From Azolla caroliniana (Eukaryota; Plantae; Polypodiophyta), in contig JBHGNT010000013.1 in assembly GCA_043228905.1 (NCBI GenBank), positions 8,804,001 to 8,868,000 on the forward strand: a DNA stretch of 64,000 nt, written 5' to 3'. A model generated the notes under the pieces. It was not told the DNA's origin, made no database searches, and saw nothing but the letters and a program-made list of their open reading frames with translations. How positions within the stretch are numbered: the stretch's first letter is position 1; every line of letters starts with the position of its first letter. The translations under genes and the position numbers were made by a program. Of the stretch, positions 42,134-51,424 are shown piece by piece.

Positions 42134-43201
42134 GGAGTTAGGGATGAAGTTCTCCTTGAGATCGGTTTCATATTTATGGAGTACATTTGGGCTCTATGGC
42201 GTTTAGACAAGAGTTCTTTATATTCTAATACGGAGCCTTGGCAAATGGTGTCAAAGTGGATGGGAATAGGTAAGTTTTCTAAAGAGTTTTGTGCCTCGAG
42301 GGGCGGGTTTGAGTTTTCTATGCTAGTTTTTCCCTTTTCTTGTGTGTTTGGGGTTGTTATTTTCCTTTTACCTTTGTCTTGTGGACGCGGGTTTGTGTGG
42401 GTGTGGTGGTCGCTAGAGGACACATGGGCGTGTTCAAAAAGAGATTTTGTTATTGTAGGCATGCAAAGGGGATCTCCACCACCCCATTCTAGGGGAGGTG
42501 AGCTAAAGGTATCAAACAACTTCTGAAAGAAGATGACCTTCTTTGCGGGCGAGAGTTGGGGTACATACGACTCGAGGGGTACATAGACACTAATTGGGCC
42601 GGCTACAAAGCCGATAGAAGATCAACCTTCGGATTTTTGTTTCCCTTGGCAACGGAGCAATATCCTAGAGCAGCAAAAAGTAACCAACCGTCGCTCTTTC
42701 GAGCACAGAGGGCGTGGCCGCATGTGAAGTCGTATGGCTCAAAAGGATACTCAAGGATTTGGGCGTACCCCATCAAGGATCCAACTTCCCTTTACTGCGA
42801 CAACATGAGCACCCGGTGTTCCACGTGTGGACAAAGCACATTGAAGTGCACTATCACTTCATCCGAGAGCGCGTTCTAGCTGGCGATGTCGACCTACAAC
42901 ACATTAGCACCTGTCATAACTAGACTCGAACCCATAACCTTTTGTTACACGGGTCGAGACTTTACCATTAGGTTATGAGTTGTAATTTGAAGGATATTAT
43001 TTTCATTTAGGTTTTATTAGGAAATTGATGTATATTCCAGATTTCTCTGGAACATTCTAGAAACTTCAGGAGTATTCCTGAAGACACTATAAAAGGAGGC
43101 GCAAGGCATTAGTTCGAACCAAATCGGTTCAACGCCAGTCTTAAGCCTTCTAACTACTGTTGTATATCTTCCGTCATATAATACATATATCTTTCGCATC
43201 A

Positions 43202-43249
<48 letters not shown>

Positions 43250-43470
43250 ACTCATTCCTTCTCTCAAAGTTCGACACCTCTCATAGTACTAATCCTTCTC
43301 TGTCTTAGTACTATTCCCCAACAATAGTACTAATCCTTCTTTTAGTACTAATTCCTTCTCTGCCTTAATAGAGTTCCTGACAGTTTGAACCGATTTTCCC
43401 TACTAGTCTCCCTCTTCCTTCTGTCTCTCTCCTTTCCTACTAGTCTCTTATTTCCCTTTTCCTTCATCCC

Positions 43471-44640
43471 ATGGCCACCGTTAGCGCTGAAGAGTATCAA
43501 TCCGTTTTCTCGGAATTTCAATGCTTGAAAGAGAAGTTTCATGCTTTGGAACAAGAAAATCAATGCTTGTTGGGGGATCTTCAGCAAATTTCCTTAGAAA
43601 AGCAGCAAACGCAACAACAGCATGGGGAACTTGCGTTACGCGTGCAACAACTCGAAGCAACCATCGTAGCAATGCAACAACAAGGGCACGGAGCACAAGG
43701 GATTCATAAAGAACCCAAGATTGGCCTTCCCACGAAGTTCGATGGAACGCGATCGCAGTTTAGAGGGTTTCTTAACCAGGTACGGTTAGTTATTCAAATG
43801 CATCCGTCCCGATATCCCACCGATGCATCACGAGTGGGTTTAGTAGGCACGTTGTTAAATGGCTCAGCATTAGCATGGTTCGCTCCGCTACTAGAAAAGG
43901 AATCTCCAGTACTAAATAATTTTGAAGAATTCATAAGTGAGTTTAAAGCATGTTTTGGAGATACTGACAGCATAAGGACTGCAATCAACAAAATCCGGCG
44001 ATTACGCCAAGGTGACCGTCCAGCCTCCGCATATGCTGCAGATTTCCGCCTACTCGCCGCCGATATCCCCTGGGATGATCAAGCATTGATGGAGCAGTTC
44101 CGCTATGGTCTACGCAACGATGTCAAGGATTTACTCTTGACTTTCCCTGAAGAGCCAAAATCATTAACAGAAGCAATCAGTCGAGCGGTCAGATGTGACA
44201 ACCGCCTCTTCGAGCGACGTTCGGAACGACAATTTCAGATGCCGAGGGCAAGATCCGAGCCTACCTATGCCTCAATGGTAGCGAAACCTTTTCAAAGGGA
44301 GTCACATAATGCGCCTCCAGTAAGTACTCCAACTCCAATGGAAATTGACACTACACGTCGTCGTGGGCCGCTATCGGAGGAGGAAAAGCAACGACGCCGA
44401 ACAAACCGATTATGCCTTTATTGCGGTGGACCAGGGCATATCGCGATAAACTGTCCCCATAGACCAAGAAGGCAGGTAAACCAAGTCATTGTTAGTTCTG
44501 ACTATACTAAACCCGAGTCTATGTCAGTAGGAATCTCTGATAATCCTCATAGTTATAATAGTCCTAATAGTACTAATAGTCCGAATCTCGCAAACAAATT
44601 TGATGTCCTTAGCCAATTAGAAGAAGAGTTAAACGACTAA
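43471..44640 (+). CDS. gag: Gag of chromovirus F
   Basis: 389-aa ORF with [24 protein letters not shown] and CLYCGGPGHIAINC zinc knuckle. Confidence 0.95.
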   Translation: MATVSAEEYQSVFSEFQCLKEKFHALEQENQCLLGDLQQISLEKQQTQQQHGELALRVQQLEATIVAMQQQGHGAQGIHKEPKIGLPTKFDGTRSQFRGFLNQVRLVIQMHPSRYPTDASRVGLVGTLLNGSALAWFAPLLEKESPVLNNFEEFISEFKACFGDTDSIRTAINKIRRLRQGDRPASAYAADFRLLAADIPWDDQALMEQFRYGLRNDVKDLLLTFPEEPKSLTEAISRAVRCDNRLFERRSERQFQMPRARSEPTYASMVAKPFQRESHNAPPVSTPTPMEIDTTRRRGPLSEEEKQRRRTNRLCLYCGGPGHIAINCPHRPRRQVNQVIVSSDYTKPESMSVGISDNPHSYNSPNSTNSPNLANKFDVLSQLEEELND

Positions 44641-47600
44641 GTCCAGCCAAAATAGGAGCCGTTTGGTTGGACAGCCCTAGATCTGTGCAGCCCATTAGTG
44701 GTTCCATTCCCTCTAAGCAAGTTAGTGATGTGTTCGTAGTCCAAGTAGCAGTTAGTACTAAAAGTACCCCTCCAGTACATACCTTAGCCCTTCTAGATTC
44801 CGGAGCTAATTCTTGCTTCATGGATAGGAATTTTGCCCGAGCTCATCAGATATCTCTCAGAAAGCTCCCATGTCCAGCCTCAGTAGTAGTCATTGATGGT
44901 CGTCCCATTGCTTCTGGTAATATCATAGAAGAGTCGGAACCCGTTAATATTGTCCTAGATAACTTAACATGTGTAGTATCATTTAATATTATTAGTATTC
45001 CAGAACATCCCATAGTTTTAGGATTACCATGGTTCGAGTTACATGACCCAGACATAGATTGGAGGACAAGGGAAATCCGGTTGCGACAAACCCAAGGATC
45101 TACCCAGAAGGTTGCAACCATTTCGCTACGTCAGTTGCGTGAGGAAGGGCGCAAGGAGGAAATGTTTCTCTTTGCAATATCAGTACAACCCTCCAGCACC
45201 ACCAAAGAGGAGTCCACCGTTCAACTTCCCGAGAAGTATCGTCAGTATGCTGATGTGTTCGATAAAGTACAAGCCAACACACTTCCTCATCATCGGCCGT
45301 ACGACTGCGCCATCGACTTACAACCGGGAAAAGAGCCGCCATGGGGGCCGATCTACAATTTGTCACCAACCGAGCTAGAAGTCCTTCGAGCCTATATAGA
45401 GGAGAATTTGGAGAACGGTTTCATTCGGCATTCGAAATCTCCAGCCGGCGCACCCATTTTCTTCGTCAAGAAAAAAGATGGCTCGCTTCGACTCGTTGTA
45501 GATTACCGTGGCTTGAATAAGGTCACAGTAAGAAATAGGTATGCTCTTCCCCTTATCTCAAGTCTTTTAGAACGGATCAACGGTGCCAGGTTCTTCACGA
45601 AGATCGACTTACGAGGAGCCTATAACCTCGTACGGATCCGACCAGGAGATGAATGGAAGACCGCGTTTCGCACCAGATATGGGCACTTCGAGTATACGGT
45701 CATGCCGTTCGGACTCACTAATGCGCCGGCAGTCTTCCAGCACATGGCGAATGATATATTTCGAGACCTCTTGGATGATTTTTTGATCATCTATTTGGAT
45801 GATCTACTGGTTTATTCAAAGACCCAAGAAGAACATGATTCTCATGTACTATTAGTACTAAAACGACTTCGAGAACATGGTCTGTATGCAAAGTTAGAGA
45901 AATGTAGTTTCGGGTGCAACCAAGTGGAGTTTCTCGGCTATGTCATCTCCTCAGAAGGCATATCTATGGACCCAGCCAAGGTCAAAACGGTGATAGAATG
46001 GCACACTCCGCGTTCGGTGCGGGATGTGCAATGCTTCCTAGGCTTTGCAAATTTCTACCGGAAGTTCATACAAAATTACTCAAAAATTGTGCTGCCTCTC
46101 ACACAGCTCACCAGGAAGGGACAATCATTCATTTGGTCTAAAGAGACGGACATGGCTTTCGAGAGTCTTAAGAAGGCGTTTACATCAGCTCCAATTTTAG
46201 GTCATGTGGATCCGGAAAAACCATTCATTATCGAAGCTGATGCATCGGATTTCGCATTGGGGAGCATTCTGTCACAACAGGGTAACGACGAGAAGCTACA
46301 TCCTGTGGCTTTCCACTCCCGTAAGTTTGACGCCGCCGAAATCAACTACGAAATTCATGATAAAGAGCTATTAGCAATAGTTGATTCTTTTATGCAATGG
46401 AGGCATTTCCTGGAGGGATCTCCTCATCAGGTCACTGTATTCAGTGACCACAAGAACCTTGCCTACTTTCAAGATGCTCGTGTACTGAATCGACGTCAAG
46501 CTCGGTGGGCCCATTTCCTCACACGCTTCGACTTCAAAATTACATATCGTCCGGGGAAGCACCAAGGGAAGGCAGATGCATTATCACGGCGTTCGTATCT
46601 AACACCACGTCCCGGTGAGCCAGCTTTCGATAACCAGAAGCAAGTAATCTTGGGTCCAGCACGACTGCAAGCAGCACAGATCTTTGACATGCCCGTGGAT
46701 TCCGACATTACCAATACTATACGTGAGGACTTGAAGACTGACGCTTTCGCCCAAGCTATACTAGCACAAATTGACCCCTCTCGAGCATCATGTTCACAAT
46801 CACAATCACCAGGTACGGATTATCGGCAATTTAAATACTGTGATGGATTACTCTTCTTTAAAGAACTTTTGTATGTTCCTAATGGTTCTTGCCGCCTTCG
46901 AGTAGTACAAAACTGCCATGACACATATACAGCAGGACATTTTGGTAGTACTAAAACATTAGATTTAGTACAACGATCATTCTGGTGGCCCCGTATGCGA
47001 CAATTTGTCGAAGATTTTGTTCGGACTTGCGATACATGCTGCAGAGCGAAAATGCCAAGACATCATCCATATGGTTTATTAGAACCATTACCAATTCCAA
47101 GCAAGCCATGGCAATCCATTGCTCTTGACTTCATTACAGATCTTCCAGTCTCTAAGGGATTCAGTGCGATTCTCACAGTGGTGGATCGATATACGAAGAT
47201 GGCTCATTTCTTACCATGTACTAAAGAAATATCTAGTGAAGACACCGCCGAAATTGTCATGCGGGAAGTATGTCGGCATCATGGACTCCCTGATAATATC
47301 ATCAGCGATCGTGGACCCCAGTTTGTGTCAAAATTCTGGAAGCACCTTTTTAAAATGCTGAAGGTCACTTGTAACCTCTCCTCCGGCTACCACCCACAAA
47401 CCGACGGTCAAGCCGAACGAACAAATCAAACACTGGAGCAGTATCTGCGGTGCTTTCTCAACTATCATCAGAATGACTGGGCAGATATTCTTCCGTTCGC
47501 CGAATTTGCCTATAATAACGCTATCCACGCATCGACTAAAGTCACGCCATTCTACGCTTATACGGGATATCATCCCCGGTGGTGTGTCCTTGAAACCCCA

Positions 47601-48224
47601 GAAGTGTCCACAAATCCTTGCGCGGAGGATCGTTTGGAGCGGTTACGCAAGATACAAGCGGATTTATCTACTCAACTCCAGCAAGCTCAACAATCACACA
47701 AGGACTACGCAGATCGTCATCGACTTCCATCCAGTTTTAACATTGGAGATCGGGTGTGGCTGCTACGACGACACATCAAGACTACTCGCCCATGTGAGAA
47801 GTTGGATTATCGACGATTAGGTCCTTTCCGTATTATCGGGAAGATTAATGATGTCGCTTTTCGTCTCGAGCTACCTCCGCAACTTCGGATACACCCGGTG
47901 TTTCATAGTTCTCTCCTCGAACCCTATCATGAGAGCACTATCCCAGGACGTACTATACAACCTCCACCTCCTATCGAGCTCGAAGATGGACCTGAGTATG
48001 AGGTCGCTGCCATCCTCGATTCCAAGATTGTTCGCAACAAGCTCTACTATCTAGTCGATTGGCTAGGATATAGTCCCAGCGAGCGTACTTGGGAACCGAT
48101 CGAGAATGTGACCAATGCTCGTGCTCTTCTAGAAGACTTCCATCGACGATATCCCGAGAAACCGGGTCCTCAATCCAAAACGACTCGTGAAACTCGTCGT
48201 TTTAAAGGGGGGATAGTGTCATAA
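44613..48224 (+). CDS. pol: Pol of chromovirus F (PR-RT-RH-IN-chromodomain), -1 frame relative to gag
   Basis: LLDSGA, YLDD, EADASD, HHCC, ALDFI, GPF and C-terminal chromodomain YEVAAILD...YLVDWLGY...TWEP; frame open from 44613. Confidence 0.95.
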   Translation, partial: PIRRRVKRLSPAKIGAVWLDSPRSVQPISGSIPSKQVSDVFVVQVAVSTKSTPPVHTLALLDSGANSCFMDRNFARAHQISLRKLPCPASVVVIDGRPIASGNIIEESEPVNIVLDNLTCVVSFNIISIPEHPIVLGLPWFELHDPDIDWRTREIRLRQTQGSTQKVATISLRQLREEGRKEEMFLFAISVQPSSTTKEESTVQLPEKYRQYADVFDKVQANTLPHHRPYDCAIDLQPGKEPPWGPIYNLSPTELEVLRAYIEENLENGFIRHSKSPAGAPIFFVKKKDGSLRLVVDYRGLNKVTVRNRYALPLISSLLERINGARFFTKIDLRGAYNLVRIRPGDEWKTAFRTRYGHFEYTVMPFGLTNAPAVFQHMANDIFRDLLDDFLIIYLDDLLVYSKTQEEHDSHVLLVLKRLREHGLYAKLEKCSFGCNQVEFLGYVISSEGISMDPAKVKTVIEWHTPRSVRDVQCFLGFANFYRKFIQNYSKIVLPLTQLTRKGQSFIWSKETDMAFESLKKAFTSAPILGHVDPEKPFIIEADASDFALGSILSQQGNDEKLHPVAFHSRKFDAAEINYEIHDKELLAIVDSFMQWRHFLEGSPHQVTVFSDHKNLAYFQDARVLNRRQARWAHFLTRFDFKITYRPGKHQGKADALSRRSYLTPRPGEPAFDNQKQVILGPARLQAAQIFDMPVDSDITNTIREDLKTDAFAQAILAQIDPSRASCSQSQSPGTDYRQFKYCDGLLFFKELLYVPNGSCRLRVVQNCHDTYTAGHFGSTKTLDLVQRSFWWPRMRQFVEDFVRTCDTCCRAKMPRHHPYGLLEPLPIPSKPWQSIALDFITDLPVSKGFSAILTVVDRYTKMAHFLPCTKEISSEDTAEIVMREVCRHHGLPDNIISDRGPQFVSKFWKHLFKMLKVTCNLSSGYHPQTDGQAERTNQTLEQYLRCFLNYHQNDWADILPFAEFAYNNAIHASTKVTPFYAYTGYHPRWCVLETPEVSTNPCAEDRLERLRKIQADLSTQLQQAQQSHKDYADRHRLPSSFNIGDRVWLLRRHIKTTRPCEKLDYRRLGPFRIIGKINDVAFRLELPPQLRIHPVFHSSLLEPYHESTIPGRTIQPPPPIELEDGPEYEVAAILDSKIVRNKLYYLVDWLGYSPSERTWEPIENVTNARALLEDFHRRYPEKPGPQSKTTRETRRFKGGIVS

Positions 48225-48506
48225 CTAGACTCGAACCCATAACCTTTTGTTACACGGGTCGAGACTTTACCATTAGGTTATGAGTTGTAATTTGAAGGAT
48301 ATTATTTTCATTTAGGTTTTATTAGGAAATTGATGTATATTCCAGATTTCTCTGGAACATTCTAGAAACTTCAGGAGTATTCCTGAAGACACTATAAAAG
48401 GAGGCGCAAGGCATTAGTTCGAACCAAATCGGTTCAACGCCAGTCTTAAGCCTTCTAACTACTGTTGTATATCTTCCGTCATATAATACATATATCTTTC
48501 GCATCA

Positions 48507-48552
<46 letters not shown>

Positions 48553-50077
48553 ACTCATTCCTTCTCTCAAAGTTCGACACCTCTCATAGTACTAATCCTT
48601 CTCTATCTTAGTACTATTCCCCAACAATAGTACTAATCCTTCTTTTAGTACTAATTCCTTCTCTGCCTTAATAGAGTTCCTGACAGCACCAATCTTCAAA
48701 CGGCCGACATCTTCACTAAAGCCTTAGGAGCCGACAAGCTATGGCAATTCATGACCGATCTCGAATTGACGATCCCTGACATGCCAAGCTTGAGGGGGAG
48801 TACTAAAGATGCTATGCAATAACGCGTGGATTCCGCAACCTCGCAACGAAGCCGCGAAGTGTGGATTCTGCAACTGGCAACGAAGCCGCGAAGAGCCGAT
48901 CACCGCGCAAAGCTGCGAAGAAAGATGCAAGCCGAAGCACAGACTTCGTAACTACGCACAATGCAAGCTGGAGCATGGATTCCGCAACTCCGCATAAATG
49001 TGAGTCGACGCGGACTACGGAACGCGAGTCGAAGAGGATTTCGGATACCGACTGAAACCAACCCGACTTGAGCTTGAGGGGGCGTGTTGAGAATCAAGCT
49101 CAACTTGGTCTAGTGTGTGAACTCTCCTTGAGAGTGAATAGACACTCCAACGGTCAAGAGTCACCATTATGTCACCTCTTTGTATTCTAGCATTTAGTAT
49201 GAGTCATAGAATCATATTATATGACACATAACTTATGAGATTTCACATTCCCCATGCTCCATGAGTCTTGTAGTTAATGAAGAGGGAGGGTGACTATATA
49301 AAGCACCCTCCTCCCACCTTGTATAGCGTTAAGTCTTTCTCCTTTGTTAATACACTTTTACCTTGCGTATTCTCTATGTCTTACTCCCTATCTCTCTCAC
49401 ACACACACTCTCTCTCTCATACACACACATAACTCACATCTCTTCCGCTTCACAAGAATCATATCCGATTCTTTACAAGAATCAATATTGATTATCTCAA
49501 TAACGTTGTCGTGAAGATTTTCGTCCATAGGCGGAAACCAGGGTGGAAGGGGCAAGTCGGTGGTGTGCAACATGTGCACATGTATACTAGGATATGGTGT
49601 ATAGAATGAGAGGGGAAATTTTTGTCCCACATTGTAAGGTCCCTCCGTCCTTGGGCTATAAAAGGAAGGGAGGGGTCACTTATGAAGGGGTTGCCTGTTT
49701 TGCGTATGAGAGGTATACCACTTAGCCTAGAGTTCTTACCATTTTAGGGTTAGGGTTTCGTTTAGGGTTTCCTTATTCATCTTCGGTTAGGGTTTTCTCA
49801 TAGTCGTTTTGGTGCGGCCCATGTGGCCACCATTGTTGTAACCATTCGTTGTTTTAATATAGAACTTGTTGAACATCTTGCCGCCGCCGATCTCTCCTTC
49901 TATATCGTGGTCTTATTCTTTCCTCTTCTCCTCTTGAGCTAAGCCTCCATATCATGTCCTATTCTTTCTCCTCCACTCCCTAGTCCGAGACCCCGGTGGT
50001 CCCGCCCCTTCTACACGTACGCGCGTAACAACGCGACATCTTTGGTGAACCCGACGTGAAGGAGGCGGCAAGGGAGC

Positions 50078-50953
50078 ATGGAGATGGAAGAAGACTTGGA
50101 CTTCGAGGAGATGATGGAAAAAATCGTGATGGAAGCCGGACGGAAGATGGCGAAGCGAGATGCGGCTCAACAAGCCGTCGAAAGGGTGGTCGATCGAGTC
50201 GGCCGGTTCAATGGGAATGAGGTCCCAAAATTTTTGGGAGCCTACGAGGCCGAGATGGCGAAAGGGGTTGTGGACGAGGAGATGCGGCAAGAGTATTTTC
50301 CTCGAGTGGCGGCCGCATCGGTGTACAAGGAGGTCAAGGAGCTACGAGAAGCTCACGAGTCGTGGGTGTCCTTGAAGGTAGCCCTATTGGAAGCGTGCGG
50401 ATACGCGAAACCGGAGTGGGTATGCTGGCAACCCGATGGGGAGCGGTCGGCAACAACGTGGCCCGCGAGCGGCGGAGAAGAGAGAGCGGCGAGTGAGTAC
50501 GCACTACCACCGGAAGAGAGCTCAACGCAAAACGGTTCGGAGGAGCTTGACCTAGAAGCGCTAATACGAGAGGCCTGCGAGCTTGTGAAGGAGAAAATCG
50601 GAGCCGAAGAAGGGCTTATTATGGAGTCGGGCCGGAGGCGATCGGAGCATACGGAGGAAGAAGCCTCCCTAAGCGTAGAAGACGGGGCCTATACGGAGGC
50701 CAGAAGAGCGTACGACGGCGACATGGGAGAGGGTGCGGAGCAAGCGACCCTCTTGCCTTGCGGTGAAGGGACGGCCATGGAGGCTGATAACTACAGATTC
50801 GGGACATGGCGGCCCGAAACATCGAGTGGGGAGGAGACAAGCGGCAGTGCCGGGTCCTTACCCACACCGGTCCTAGAGGCTCCGGCGGTCGGCCCGAGTG
50901 CCGGCGTGAGACCTAGAGCGACGGGCGATGGCGGCGGCAAGGCGGGCAACTAA
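50078..50953 (+). CDS. Gag-like / low-complexity protein of element E
   Basis: ATG just after the PBS; VGRFNGNEVPKFLGAYEAEM resembles a gag capsid start, followed by acidic low-complexity sequence. Confidence 0.5.
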   Translation: MEMEEDLDFEEMMEKIVMEAGRKMAKRDAAQQAVERVVDRVGRFNGNEVPKFLGAYEAEMAKGVVDEEMRQEYFPRVAAASVYKEVKELREAHESWVSLKVALLEACGYAKPEWVCWQPDGERSATTWPASGGEERAASEYALPPEESSTQNGSEELDLEALIREACELVKEKIGAEEGLIMESGRRRSEHTEEEASLSVEDGAYTEARRAYDGDMGEGAEQATLLPCGEGTAMEADNYRFGTWRPETSSGEETSGSAGSLPTPVLEAPAVGPSAGVRPRATGDGGGKAGN

Positions 50954-51261
50954 GATGACGGCAAGGAGAACGAGGAAGAGATAGCCATGGACCACGGCGT
51001 CCGAACGAAGGTGGCTATGAACATGGCATCAGTGAGTAACGGTACCGGGACTTTTCCCACACCTATTCTAGAGACTTCGGCGGTCGGCCCCGAGAGCCCA
51101 CGTGAGACCGGAGAGACGGAAGGTGGCGGCGGCAAAGCGGACGATCGAAACGACGACGAGGAAGGTCATAGCGGACGGAGGCAAGACCTCTCGACACCGA
51201 GACCGGAGACTACGGCGGTTGCGCTCGAATGCCAACATAAGACCGGAGAGAAGGGCGGTGG

Positions 51262-51424
51262 CCGTGAGGAGGCGTGGCCCGGAGCGAACACGTACGAAGA
51301 TGAGGATGCGAGGCCCGGAATGGGCATATACGAGAGGACCGACCGTGAGGAGGCGTGGCCCGGAGCGAACACATACGAAGATGAGGATGCGAGGCCCGGA
51401 ATGGGCATATACGAGAGGACCGAC
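51262..51424 (+). repeat. 81-bp tandem duplication within E
   Basis: EEAWPGANTYEDEDARPGMGIYERTDR encoded twice (51262 and 51343). Confidence 0.92.

Larger units (their letters stand above)
38152..42562 (-). mobile_element. Penelope-like retroelement lacking an evident GIY-YIG endonuclease
   Basis: Interrupts D between ...KRVLRY and IRLEGY...; contains a PLE-type RT ORF, a hammerhead motif and a long AT-rich 3' region; boundaries approximate. Confidence 0.85.
42912..48685 (+). mobile_element. Intact Ty3/gypsy chromovirus F (Tcn1-like), very young
   Basis: LTRs 42912-43382 and 48217-48685 are almost identical; TSD GCACC at 42907-42911 and 48686-48690; PPT at 48204-48216; no tRNA-type PBS. Confidence 0.97.
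33909..49477 (+). mobile_element. Ty1/copia LTR retrotransposon D (decayed; hosts the Penelope-like element and the chromovirus)
   Basis: LTRs 33909-34299 and 49085-49477; iMet PBS at 34300-34311; PPT at 49076-49084; gag ORF 34459-35583, integrase, RT 37304-37930, RNase H pieces at ~42563-42911 and 48686-48800; flanks TGAGA/AGAAT are not a clean TSD. Confidence 0.93.

Noticed and set aside
33904-49482. Target-site duplication for copia D
   Set aside because: Flanks TGAGA and AGAAT share only AGA, so no TSD is claimed
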